Positions 48,034 to 56,525 of a stretch of 64,000 bases of DNA are shown here, piece after piece (position 1 is the stretch's first letter; every line of letters begins with the position of its first letter). Origin of the DNA: Pseudomonas phage sp. 30-2; the sequence record LC727697.1; one strand, written 5' to 3'. The translations under genes were made by a program, and so were the position numbers. Below the pieces are notes generated by a model. That model had not been told where the DNA came from and searched no databases. It saw only the letters and a list, made by a program, of their open reading frames with translations.

Positions 48034-48989
48034 ATACTTTCTTTTATTTTATCAATCGAATCAATTAATAAAGTTCTTTTGTCTTTATCTTTTATTTTAA
48101 AATCTATCTGTCGTACTATTCTAGCTAATGAGTCGAGATGGCCAACTAAAAAGGTCATATCGGTATTTGATGTATCATTTAACGATATATAAAGATCGCA
48201 CATCATTTTTAATTGTTTCATAGCATGTTTTAACGATATGTTAATACTTTCTATAGACCCGACGAACGTATTACTAGTATAGAGTGTACTGTGTAGTGAC
48301 TGTCCTATACTTAGTGCAATAGAAATGTTTGTTTTTTCTATATAATATTGGTTTCTAAGAATTTTTGATTTATAAAAATACGGATCAGAAGGATTTTTTA
48401 TTTTTTGTTCAAGTTTATTTTTAACTACAGAATTAACATTAGTTTCAATGTAATCTATAATTACATTTTCTAAATTTATAGAATACACCGATTTTCCGGA
48501 ACTTACGTTGTACGGATCTGGCAAAAATACAGGCATTGCATGCTTTCTTAGCATTTCGTCTTCAATACTTTCGAGCTTATTTTGTATGACAATTTGGATT
48601 GTATCTTCTTTGTATTTTGTCTTGGCATAGCACTCAGAATAAAGATTTAAATATCCTTTATCTATTTCATTACATAGTTTAAATGTGTCATAATCTTGAA
48701 CAGACAATATAGTATTATCTACAGAATGAATATAATGAGAAACATAATGAATATATGTTATTATTGTGTACTGTTTAGTTTCTATGTCGTCTTTAGATGC
48801 ATAAAATTCTATCAAACCATTACTTTTTACTGCATGTTCTTTTATTCCGTCATGTATAGCAAAATCGACAGAAATAATAGGTTTTCCGTTATTTTGCCTA
48901 GGGATTGCTGTATTATTGTTAAACAGATATGCACTAGTTCTAACTACAAAAACATCATTTTTTATTTCATGTGCATATACTATAGTCAT
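48012..48989 (-). CDS. Hypothetical protein, 325 aa
   Basis: Long AT-rich ORF convergent on the fibre operon. Confidence 0.5.
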   Translation of the reverse strand: MTIVYAHEIKNDVFVVRTSAYLFNNNTAIPRQNNGKPIISVDFAIHDGIKEHAVKSNGLIEFYASKDDIETKQYTIITYIHYVSHYIHSVDNTILSVQDYDTFKLCNEIDKGYLNLYSECYAKTKYKEDTIQIVIQNKLESIEDEMLRKHAMPVFLPDPYNVSSGKSVYSINLENVIIDYIETNVNSVVKNKLEQKIKNPSDPYFYKSKILRNQYYIEKTNISIALSIGQSLHSTLYTSNTFVGSIESINISLKHAMKQLKMMCDLYISLNDTSNTDMTFLVGHLDSLARIVRQIDFKIKDKDKRTLLIDSIDKIKESIIKRKED

Positions 48990-48992
48990 TTC

Positions 48993-49178
48993 TTAACCCT
49001 TCTGCGGAATATATCCAATTTTAACAGGTAATGTACGTGACAACATTACCATCGTTTGTACTTTTTTACCTAGATAAACTCTTATATTACTACCTGGCAT
49101 TTCCCTTAGCAACATAGATGCCCTAAAAAGGCATGTAGTATTTACATATGCCAATTCTACTGATGAAATTGTTAACAT
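48993..49178 (-). CDS. Hypothetical small protein, 61 aa
   Basis: Directly upstream of, and coupled to, the 325-aa ORF. Confidence 0.3.
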   Translation of the reverse strand: MLTISSVELAYVNTTCLFRASMLLREMPGSNIRVYLGKKVQTMVMLSRTLPVKIGYIPQKG

Positions 49179-49603
49179 TCCTTGTTATCTCCGTTGTTGC
49201 GATCCTTGCAACAATACTTAATAATACACTATGTAATACAATTATGTAAACATTTGTTTATAAGCAAATATGAAACGATTACTTAGCAATATTATCTGTT
49301 ATTAATTTGTTGAATAATGTATGACCGTGACTAGTATATACTAGCCATGCGTAGTGGTATTTTATTAATGAAAAACGTACATTAATGGAATGTGTGTTAA
49401 TATATATTATAGATTTTATTATAGATTTGTAGGAATAAAAATATTGCAGGTCTATTATATACATATCAATTATAAAATCCTATAATGTTGAATAGTACGT
49501 TAATAAGTAAGATTATTAGGCATTCGTATATACAATGAACATAAATTTAGATGATTCTCGATCATGTTATAAAACTATAATCTTTTTATTATAATATAAA
49601 AAG

Positions 49604-49843
49604 TTATACACAACGTATTTCACATATTTTTAAAGAATTTACATTAGTAAACATATAAATTTCATCTTTATTAAACAATTTTTTTGTTGTTAACTTAACG
49701 TGATGCAAATCGACACAATATACACCTTTAACATAACATAAAGACGTTATGTTAGCTAAATGTGCATTACATATATTGCAGTGCATGGCATGTGATATAG
49801 AAAATGTATTAACTAATGTAAAGAGTTCGGTATGATAATTCAT
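49604..49843 (-). CDS. Hypothetical small protein, 79 aa (Cys/His-rich)
   Basis: Member of a tiled minus-strand small-gene array with overlapping stop/start. Confidence 0.4.
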   Translation of the reverse strand: MNYHTELFTLVNTFSISHAMHCNICNAHLANITSLCYVKGVYCVDLHHVKLTTKKLFNKDEIYMFTNVNSLKICEIRCV

Positions 49844-50061
49844 TCATTATACCTAGTTACATAATACGCATCGTCTACTACGAAAAATATATTTTTCGAT
49901 ATTCTATTATAATAGTCTGTAACTATAATAAAATGCGGTTTAACATCTTTATTTTTATCCGTATTGTAAAATTTTACAAATGCAGATATAAGTTTATCAT
50001 TTACAATAATATAATGGGATAAAAATAGGATATTGGTAACACTGTCAAAAAATTTAATCAT
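49840..50061 (-). CDS. Hypothetical small protein, 73 aa
   Basis: Tiled array. Confidence 0.4.
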   Translation of the reverse strand: MIKFFDSVTNILFLSHYIIVNDKLISAFVKFYNTDKNKDVKPHFIIVTDYYNRISKNIFFVVDDAYYVTRYNE

Positions 50062-50311
50062 GTCTTATATACACTGCATATCCATTTAAGTAGTTAAGTA
50101 CGGCACTGTCTGTTACAAAAGTAAACTCATATTTTATGTGGTTTGAGGTAGCTTTGGAAAAATGTATATTTACATTTAGAAGTTTTATGTTTTTGAACGG
50201 CATTTCTAAAGGAGCAAGATTTGAATTTACTGTTAGCATAGGACAAATAGATGCAATCGACTTTCCTTTATTAAAGAAATTAGATAAAATTAGTATATCC
50301 TTTATTGACAT
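50054..50311 (-). CDS. Hypothetical small protein, 85 aa
   Basis: Tiled array. Confidence 0.4.
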   Translation of the reverse strand: MSIKDILILSNFFNKGKSIASICPMLTVNSNLAPLEMPFKNIKLLNVNIHFSKATSNHIKYEFTFVTDSAVLNYLNGYAVYIRHD

Positions 50312-50496
50312 ACTATACCTATACTATATCTTAAATTGTTGTTTTCTATTATAGAAAGGAAAACTCTAGACGATTTATCTATTTTTATTTTTATATGCTT
50401 ACTATTAACCGTTAAAAACGCAAGATAAATTAACATATACACGGCATTAGTCCTTCTGCCGAAACGTGCTGAATAATCTAATATATCTATATGCAT
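50302..50496 (-). CDS. Hypothetical small protein, 64 aa
   Basis: Tiled array. Confidence 0.35.
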   Translation of the reverse strand: MHIDILDYSARFGRRTNAVYMLIYLAFLTVNSKHIKIKIDKSSRVFLSIIENNNLRYSIGIVCQ

Positions 50497-50735
50497 CTGT
50501 ATATAACCGGCTTACTATAACACCCGTAAATACCTACAATATAAAATTTAGCTCTCACAATTAAATATTTTCCATCAAAATCATGAATAACTTCTGTTAT
50601 GTATATACTAAAATGTTTCACTCGCTTATTAATAATTTTATTAATAGAACAGACGCTTAATACCTTGATGTATGCGTGAATATATTCTGCTTGTTTATTC
50701 ACTATACTAAACCTATTTTTATAGGAAAACTGCAT
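50487..50735 (-). CDS. Hypothetical small protein, 82 aa
   Basis: Tiled array. Overlaps the next ORF by 34 nt. Confidence 0.35.
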   Translation of the reverse strand: MQFSYKNRFSIVNKQAEYIHAYIKVLSVCSINKIINKRVKHFSIYITEVIHDFDGKYLIVRAKFYIVGIYGCYSKPVIYRCI

Positions 50736-50929
50736 GTTCTATATTCTAGTGTTGCACTAGGTTTACTAGTTACACTAGTTTTATATGTTACTATCTTTAT
50801 ATTGATAAAATCAAAGTTATTTAACTTTTCAGGTCCTGATATTAATTGCAATAAATATAAGACTGATATTCTATCAAAAACACTATTATAGTCTTGTATT
50901 CTCTCTATTATATTCATATACTTCCCCAA
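50702..50929 (-). CDS. Hypothetical small protein, 75 aa
   Basis: Tiled array. Confidence 0.3.
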   Translation of the reverse strand: MGKYMNIIERIQDYNSVFDRISVLYLLQLISGPEKLNNFDFINIKIVTYKTSVTSKPSATLEYRTCSFPIKIGLV

Positions 50930-51288
50930 AATTTAAAATTGCCAGGAAGATAAGGCGCCCAGGCGCTATCGAAATAGCAATTATCCGATGCAGTAACAAA
51001 CAGCGGAGCTATTTCGTTATCAGTGAAACCTGCTAGACCACACCCAATTCGGGTTACTTGAAATTGCAATTGTGGATTATTTTTCGCATATTCTAAAAAC
51101 TGCTTAACATATTTTTCTATATCAGCATACGGTAGTGTAATTATGTTATGATCTTTAGTAGGAATTGCATAACTTTGTCCATGATGACCTACACCGATAC
51201 CGTAGATTGCACCTTTACGCTGTAGTGCAAATTTTGCTGCGCCTGCGCCATGACGACCCGCTTCATTACTACCAAAAACAAATATCAT
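50914..51288 (-). CDS. Conserved-looking hypothetical protein with a Gly-rich N-terminus (VFGSNEAGRHGAGAA...SYAIPTKD), 124 aa
   Basis: Rossmann-like glycine motif; locally higher GC than neighbours. Confidence 0.5.
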   Translation of the reverse strand: MIFVFGSNEAGRHGAGAAKFALQRKGAIYGIGVGHHGQSYAIPTKDHNIITLPYADIEKYVKQFLEYAKNNPQLQFQVTRIGCGLAGFTDNEIAPLFVTASDNCYFDSAWAPYLPGNFKFWGSI

Positions 51289-51424
51289 TTTAAAATTCCG
51301 TTATATTAGATTAAATATAATAATATTATAGCAAAACTGCATACATTCGCATAGCAAGATTTTATTTTTTTAGAATGGTGGAGCTAGCACGCATTTTTTT
51401 AAATCAATTGTGCTAGTAGATAAT

Positions 51425-51520
51425 CCACTTCATTCCACTTCATTTCACTTCACCGCCATCACTTCACCGCCATCACTTCACTCCCTTCACTTCACTCCCA
51501 ACACTTCACTACAGCATAAT
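51425..51520. repeat. Iteron-like cluster of ~9 CACTTCA units (including CACTTCACCGCCAT x2 and CACTTCACTCCC x2)
   Basis: cacttcattccacttcatttcacttcaccgccatcacttcaccgccatcacttcactcccttcacttcactcccaacacttcact. Confidence 0.7.
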
Positions 51521-51643
51521 CACACATATAACCCATTCCTACATGTTTATTCATTTTATCATGTATGATCCACTTTCTTATATACAAGTTTCAATCTTAT
51601 ACTATTCACCTTTCACCCTAGTGTATATTTGTTTAATATAGAG

Positions 51644-51871
51644 TTATGCTTTGTTACTTCTATATTTGGCTAAAATAAATGTATTATCTGCAAAGGTTTC
51701 GACAGAGAAATTTACCCGTGTGTAATTATTGTCTCTGAAACACTCGCACGATACGCTGCGTACAGCAGACCAGGTATGATTACGCTTACTACTGATAGCC
51801 GAGAGTATATTAAAAAAAGAATTTATAGTTTCGTATGATAGAATTCTAGATCTTAATAAAATACTATTCAT
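51644..51871 (-). CDS. Hypothetical small protein, 75 aa
   Basis: First of six tiled minus-strand ORFs lying between the two iteron clusters. Confidence 0.35.
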   Translation of the reverse strand: MNSILLRSRILSYETINSFFNILSAISSKRNHTWSAVRSVSCECFRDNNYTRVNFSVETFADNTFILAKYRSNKA

Positions 51872-52049
51872 GTGTGAGTATTATATAATTCATATTATCA
51901 AAGATAATGTATACTTCAAATTTTGAATCATTTAAATATACTATAGAAACAGTCTTTATAGGTACATGTTGGGGTATTGTAATATATCGAAGCAATGTAT
52001 TTAATTGCATTGTTTCATAAGATAAAACACTAATTTTAAATATATTCAT
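51864..52049 (-). CDS. Hypothetical small protein, 61 aa
   Basis: Tiled array. Confidence 0.3.
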   Translation of the reverse strand: MNIFKISVLSYETMQLNTLLRYITIPQHVPIKTVSIVYLNDSKFEVYIIFDNMNYIILTHE

Positions 52050-52051
52050 AA

Positions 52052-52246
52052 TTATCGAATTATACGAAAAAGTATATCTGAATCAAAGTCTCTATACATT
52101 AAACTTAAACTTCCATAATAGCCAAGCTCGTTATTAAGCTGTATATATAAACTTTTAAACTCACATTTATAAAATACAACAATGTATTTTCGTATTCTGT
52201 TCATCCCTACAATACGCGAGCAGTGTATCATCTTATTCGTAGTCAT
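52052..52246 (-). CDS. Hypothetical small protein, 64 aa
   Basis: Tiled array. Confidence 0.3.
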   Translation of the reverse strand: MTTNKMIHCSRIVGMNRIRKYIVVFYKCEFKSLYIQLNNELGYYGSLSLMYRDFDSDILFRIIR

Positions 52247-52448
52247 ATTGTTTCCTAACCTTTATTCTACAATTTAGAAATAACAACTCCAGAATAATTG
52301 CATTGCCTCCTGTAAATGTTATTTCAATATCGTAGCTTCTATCCTTCCAGAATTTATGTGTATTAACTGCAATAGCAGAATAATAATAGTAAAGTATGTT
52401 ATACTTCATTAAATTAATATTGTTAGAAATTAAAAATATCTTGTTCAT
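52233..52448 (-). CDS. Hypothetical small protein, 71 aa
   Basis: Tiled array. Confidence 0.3.
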   Translation of the reverse strand: MNKIFLISNNINLMKYNILYYYYSAIAVNTHKFWKDRSYDIEITFTGGNAIILELLFLNCRIKVRKQYDYE

Positions 52449-52608
52449 ATGTTTGGTAAACTATTATAGATATAACGTTATCATCAACATCAATGCCTAT
52501 TTTATACATGCTTAAATTCGGTATACTATTAAAAAGTGTGTATTTAGCATTAAGGAATGTATGATATCGTATAACCCTTATTCTACTAGATATTTCTAAT
52601 ATTAACAT
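52423..52608 (-). CDS. Hypothetical small protein, 61 aa
   Basis: Tiled array. Confidence 0.3.
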   Translation of the reverse strand: MLILEISSRIRVIRYHTFLNAKYTLFNSIPNLSMYKIGIDVDDNVISIIVYQTYEQDIFNF

Positions 52609-52795
52609 TAATTTTTATACCATATTTACTTACACTTAATGTAACATACGTTTTATTGCGTATTAAAGATATATTTAAATTTCCAACGTGTGAAAATTCT
52701 TTTAACCTATATGTTGTAGCCAGTTTAATAATTGCAACATAAGAAGATATATTAATATTATTATAATACACAGATGTTTTTATTATACCACTCAT
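52586..52795 (-). CDS. Hypothetical small protein, 69 aa
   Basis: Tiled array. Confidence 0.3.
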   Translation of the reverse strand: MSGIIKTSVYYNNINISSYVAIIKLATTYRLKEFSHVGNLNISLIRNKTYVTLSVSKYGIKINVNIRNI

Positions 52796-52801
52796 TTTTA
52801 T

Positions 52802-53035
52802 TTAATAGCCTCTATATAGTGCTCTACATAATGAGTATCGTGTAATATATCTATAAATGTTTCTTTCACCGTATACCCATTTTAATGAGTTATAGTAATT
52901 TTTTATAAAGTTACTTTGTTTATTACGTATACGCCTAGATAAAGAAAATACGTAACTATGAGACATAAAGTAGAACAGCCGAGACAGATTTGGAAAGTTA
53001 AACAACAATATGAGATTAGGAATATTGTATAGCAA
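52802..53035 (-). CDS. Hypothetical small protein, 77 aa
   Basis: Tiled array. Confidence 0.3.
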   Translation of the reverse strand: MLYNIPNLILLFNFPNLSRLFYFMSHSYVFSLSRRIRNKQSNFIKNYYNSLKWVYGERNIYRYITRYSLCRALYRGY

Positions 53036-53145
53036 TCATACTATACTTACTATAATACACTATACAACATTTCTACGCATAATAACATAGATTGTTTACT
53101 AGCAGCATGATAAAGAAGAAAATTGTATGAAGTATATATGATACG

Positions 53146-53345
53146 GTACAGTACAGTACAGTACAGTGAAATGACTTATAGGTTTGAATGTGTGTAGTAA
53201 CAGTATTGAATGTGACCTATAAATGAAAGTGAGAAAGTGGCTTATAAGTGAAAGTGTTATAAGCGAACCTATAAACGAAAGTGACTTATAAGTGAAAGTG
53301 ACTTATAAGTGAACCTATAGACGAACCTATAGACGAACCTATAGA
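53146..53345. repeat. Complex tandem-repeat cluster: (GTACA)x5, then GAAAGTGACTTATAAGT-type 17-mers x4 and GAACCTATAGAC x4
   Basis: gtacagtacagtacagtacag; gaaagtgacttataagtgaaagtgacttataagt; gaacctatagacgaacctatagacgaacctatagac. The AAGTG(A) cores are the reverse complement of the CACTT cores at 51425-51520. Confidence 0.7.
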
Positions 53346-53604
53346 CGGTGGATTTCAAAATCTACCCGCGTAACAATCCACCACTCACCGAATGTCAACC
53401 GTCTCAGCTTACAGCCACCCGGTGTTGGAATTCATCACTTTCAAAATTTGTCAACTATATTTTTCTATAACAATTTTCAGTATAATAGAATTATCCTATA
53501 CCTGCTATTGTCAAGAAAATATTTTTATTAATCCCTCCCAGTTAATAGAATTGTTCTATATAGTATACAACTAACATCATACACTATATAGAGCAACCAT
53601 TATA

Positions 53605-53943
53605 TTACTTATTATCGAATGTCGGAAACATTGAATACCAAACTGATATCAACCTAACACAATCTATCATAGTTCGGTTGGAATAACACTCAGTATCATA
53701 CAACGGGTAATTACTGCCCATAGTATAACACATAACTGATCCGGTGTTATTTCCAACATATCTGATAGTACCGAAAGCAGTATCGGCAATAACTACTACC
53801 AATTCTTCGAGGTTATCAGAAGACGGTTGAATAGTACTCTTAATGTGGTACAGGGACAGAAGTTCTTTTACTGCACTGAGGAAAAAATGTTCGCAATTCA
53901 TTTTAGTTCTCCTGCTTGCCTGTGTTTTGAAACTTAACTTCAT
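53605..53943 (-). CDS. Hypothetical protein, 112 aa
   Basis: ORF in the transition zone toward the GC-rich island. Confidence 0.35.
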   Translation of the reverse strand: MKLSFKTQASRRTKMNCEHFFLSAVKELLSLYHIKSTIQPSSDNLEELVVVIADTAFGTIRYVGNNTGSVMCYTMGSNYPLYDTECYSNRTMIDCVRLISVWYSMFPTFDNK

Positions 53944-54202
53944 TATTGGAAAGATAATGACCAGCTTCTATGTTATATAGTTTCTTTATTAGTTCTGCGT
54001 ATGTCATTATCTTATCCTCAGTAAGATCCAGTGGGATTGGATTACTTACTGTGATGTTCTCGGATGCACTTGGATTCGTCGTGCAGATTGCGGGCTTGTT
54101 CTGCCCAGGGGTGACCTGCAAAACAGAATCCGTGCCATTTGCTGCAAAGCATCCGGCGAAGTAACATGCAACGTTCGTTTTGAAGTCTGGCCAGTGCAGC
54201 AT
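53903..54202 (-). CDS. Hypothetical protein, 99 aa
   Basis: ORF; intermediate GC. Confidence 0.35.
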   Translation of the reverse strand: MLHWPDFKTNVACYFAGCFAANGTDSVLQVTPGQNKPAICTTNPSASENITVSNPIPLDLTEDKIMTYAELIKKLYNIEAGHYLSNNEVKFQNTGKQEN

Positions 54203-54238
54203 TCATGAACTTATCTCCAGGGCGTAGGGTTGTAGAGG

Positions 54239-54439
54239 TTACTCGCTAGCCACAAGCTGCACAAGCTGGCGCTGTGTGCCGTCGGGGCGGTTGCGAACGA
54301 TGCAGAACAGGGTAGCGGTGCGTCCGCAGCTACGATGCAATTCAGCTTCCTGCATCAACCAGCGCACCATGACCGCATTGTAGGCCGGGCGACGGTTTGC
54401 ATCAATTGCAATTTGCTTGACATCTACGATCTGGCTCAT
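54239..54439 (-). CDS. GC-rich island gene A1, 66 aa hypothetical
   Basis: Perfect SD GGAGGG 8 nt upstream; sigma70 promoter module upstream. Confidence 0.55.
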   Translation of the reverse strand: MSQIVDVKQIAIDANRRPAYNAVMVRWLMQEAELHRSCGRTATLFCIVRNRPDGTQRQLVQLVASE

Positions 54440-54478
54440 GGTTGCGCCCTCCGGGGCTTGCTGTGTTGCGTTGTAATT

Positions 54479-54507
54479 ATTATGCGCCCTTCGCTCGGCT
54501 ACGTCAA
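54479..54507 (-). promoter_or_regulatory. Sigma70 promoter module copy 1 (TTGACG-N17-CATAAT), sharing a 5'UTR/SD with copy 2
   Basis: Minus strand: GTTGACGTAGccgagcgaagggcgCATAATAATTACAAC...CCGGAGGGCGCAACCATG. Confidence 0.55.
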
Positions 54508-54580
54508 CTTTTATTTATTGTTCCGCCGGGCGGTCAGCTAGCACCTTCCGGGCAATGTTTGCTCGCGGTGGCCAGTTGAG

Positions 54581-54862
54581 TTATTTCGTACCCTCCATCT
54601 TTGTGCAACTGTGTTTGGAAAAGCCCACGGCGATACCGCTCGTATCGCCAGAGCTACCGAAGTTCCTTGCCCGGATGTTCTTCACAACCGTTTCTCGCTC
54701 ACGCTTGAGCGCCTCGCAGTCTTCCTTGCTAAGGTCACGAACCACAATGGTGTCTGCTGTCGTCGAACGAGCGTAGGTGTTGTTGTTGAAGACAATGGTG
54801 GACAACAAGAGGTAGCTTGCAATGCTCATGGCTGTTCCATAGTCGCGCACTGGCGCAAACAA
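54581..54862 (-). CDS. GC-rich island gene, 93 aa, N-terminal signal-peptide-like (MSIASYLLLSTIVF)
   Basis: GC-rich ORF on the same strand as its neighbours. Confidence 0.4.
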   Translation of the reverse strand: MFAPVRDYGTAMSIASYLLLSTIVFNNNTYARSTTADTIVVRDLSKEDCEALKRERETVVKNIRARNFGSSGDTSGIAVGFSKHSCTKMEGTK

Positions 54863-54906
54863 TGCTTGGAGAGGTGCAGGTTCATCGTGTTATCTCCGGG
54901 GCTATA

Positions 54907-55398
54907 TTACTGAAGGATGAGAATCTTGCGAACGGGGCGGACCAACCAGGCGCTGCTCTTGATAGCGACACTAGCCTCGCCGTCGCCGAAGTGCATGCGG
55001 AAGGCGCCGCATGCGGAGTACTGCGAACTCGACCAGTACCAGCGATCTGCGAAACCAGACAGCTCGCCTGCTTGCTTGGCGGAGAACAGAAGAGCCAGTT
55101 CCAGAACAGAAGGAATGAATACGCCTTCTCCGATCTCCATAGCTTGCTTGGCAATCGGGCTGCCAGCTTCAGCCATGGCGACCGTGTTCGAAGCTCCGTC
55201 TCGGTAGCTGGCGGTGCCGTTCACATCCTGCCCATACTCGCCCCATTCTCCAGTGAACTCGGCGCTTTTGCCGAGATCGACGTAGGCGTATTCCTTGCCA
55301 TTGAGCCATTGGCGGGCAAAGAAGGTTCCATCAGCCAGGGGCTGGCCGATTTCGGGAAGGTCACTCGGATGAATCGAATCGGGGATGGTAGTGCTCAT
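54907..55398 (-). CDS. DUF1566-like (Lcl C-terminal lectin-like) domain protein, 163 aa, GC-rich
   Basis: 'RWYWSSSQYSACGAFRMHFGDGEAS...WLVRPVR' fits the DUF1566 C-terminal pattern (yWSSt....a..v.f..G.......vRcVR). SD AAGGAAA. Confidence 0.5.
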   Translation of the reverse strand: MSTTIPDSIHPSDLPEIGQPLADGTFFARQWLNGKEYAYVDLGKSAEFTGEWGEYGQDVNGTASYRDGASNTVAMAEAGSPIAKQAMEIGEGVFIPSVLELALLFSAKQAGELSGFADRWYWSSSQYSACGAFRMHFGDGEASVAIKSSAWLVRPVRKILILQ

Positions 55399-55431
55399 GG
55401 TTGGTTTCCTTGTCGGGTTGTGCGTGGTGGG

Positions 55432-55641
55432 TTATTGTGCGAACAGGGCGTGCAGGGCGGCTTCTTCGGACTTGCGCATTTCCAGGCACTGGGCATTTGC
55501 AATTGCCAGTTCCAAGGCTTCACACAATTCCCTGGCGTGGGCATGCAACTCGCTAGCGACGCGTCCGGTGTAGCGCAGTTTTTCGAGTTGGTTCATGCGC
55601 ATGCGTTGCGCTACGAGCATGTCTTTCAGTTGTTCGATCAT
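55432..55641 (-). CDS. GC-rich island gene, 69 aa helical protein
   Basis: SD AAGGAAAAG directly after the GC-rich hairpin. Confidence 0.45.
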   Translation of the reverse strand: MIEQLKDMLVAQRMRMNQLEKLRYTGRVASELHAHARELCEALELAIANAQCLEMRKSEEAALHALFAQ

Positions 55642-55657
55642 GATCTTTTCCTTTAGT

Positions 55658-55682
55658 AAAGCCCCGCCTGGGGCGGGGCTTT
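55658..55682. terminator. GC-rich terminator/attenuator hairpin aaaGCCCCGCCtggGGCGGGGCttt
   Basis: 8-bp all-GC stem. Only ~14 nt separate it from the next SD. Confidence 0.55.
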
Positions 55683-55690
55683 AGTTGGTG

Positions 55691-55840
55691 TTAGGCTACG
55701 ATATCATAGCCGAGCCAAACCTGGGTGAGGACTTGGCCATGCCGGAAGATAACTTCGTAGCAGATATCGTTATCACTATCGCTCCAAATCCATGCGTAGG
55801 ACTCGCCGGCTTTGCTGTTCATGCATTGGATGTTGCACAT
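55691..55840 (-). CDS. GC-rich island gene A2, 49 aa (MCNIQCMNSKAGESYAWIWSDSDNDICYEVIFRHGQVLTQVWLGYDIVA)
   Basis: Below the ORF-track cutoff. Identical promoter/5'UTR/SD architecture to gene A1. Confidence 0.45.
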   Translation of the reverse strand: MCNIQCMNSKAGESYAWIWSDSDNDICYEVIFRHGQVLTQVWLGYDIVA

Positions 55841-55889
55841 AGTTTTGCCCTCCTGGGCTGGTTGCGTTGTGTTGCACTGTGTTGTAATT

Positions 55890-55918
55890 ATTATGTGTCC
55901 AATGCTAGTCTACGTCAA
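55890..55918 (-). promoter_or_regulatory. Sigma70 promoter module copy 2 (TTGACG-N17-CATAAT)
   Basis: Minus strand: GTTGACGTAGactagcattggacaCATAATAATTACAAC...CCAGGAGGGCAAAACTATG. Confidence 0.55.
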
Positions 55919-55948
55919 CCTTTTTATCTGCAGGCGAGGCAGAGGATG

Positions 55949-56218
55949 TCAAAACTTGACACCGTGCTCGATATACCACTTAGCGGCATCCTCTGTCACA
56001 AAATCGCAACAGGCCAAAATTGTTTCGACGCTGCGGAGCCAACAATCGACAAAAGCGTCTGTATAACGGTTGGTTCCGTCTTCGTGGACTTTTACCCCGT
56101 CGGTGTGGGCGGCATTGTCCAGAGCTTCAAAATTGACTCGATGAACAATATCCATTGTGCTGCCGAAGACAGCTATAGGGAGGTCTTCGATAAGGCTAAG
56201 CAGACTACGCGCATCCAT
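55949..56218 (-). CDS. GC-rich island gene, 89 aa hypothetical
   Basis: SD AAAGGG; GC-rich. Confidence 0.45.
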   Translation of the reverse strand: MDARSLLSLIEDLPIAVFGSTMDIVHRVNFEALDNAAHTDGVKVHEDGTNRYTDAFVDCWLRSVETILACCDFVTEDAAKWYIEHGVKF

Positions 56219-56305
56219 CCCTTTGTACTCCGTATGTTCTGTATGTATACAGTATGCATCCAGTGAGTACCTTTGTCTACCAAAATATGAAAATTAATAT
56301 GCTTA

Positions 56306-56521
56306 TTAGTTTCTACCGGTTTTGATACCGATGATAAAAGAAGTTCTCATATTAGTTGGTAAGGAATTGAAATATCGAAAGAAGTCAGTTAGGATAGCTT
56401 TGCCTTCTTTTATTTGAGTGCCTGCTTTTAATCCTTCAGTAAAAGCAATTTCTTTTGTCATGATAATGTACTCATGATTGTGTATATGTTTTAGCATACA
56501 TGTATATTTGTAAATATGCAA
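56306..56521 (-). CDS. Hypothetical small protein (71 aa, or 51 aa from an internal Met)
   Basis: AT-rich ORF. Confidence 0.3.
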   Translation of the reverse strand: MHIYKYTCMLKHIHNHEYIIMTKEIAFTEGLKAGTQIKEGKAILTDFFRYFNSLPTNMRTSFIIGIKTGRN

Positions 56522-56525
56522 CTGG

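Noticed and set aside
51425-53345. Possible CRISPR array
   Set aside because: Repeat units are 7-17 bp with no unique spacers of 25-40 bp, and no cas genes are present. They were interpreted as iteron or microsatellite-like repeats instead.
54335-56266. Long plus-strand ORFs in the GC-rich island (e.g. 54817..55656 279 aa, 55685..56266 193 aa, 54917..55207)
   Set aside because: High-GC DNA yields long spurious ORFs in all frames. The minus-strand ORFs carry consistent SD sequences, sigma70 promoters and terminators, so the plus-strand ones are judged artefacts. The same applies to 58144..58602 and 63209..63661.
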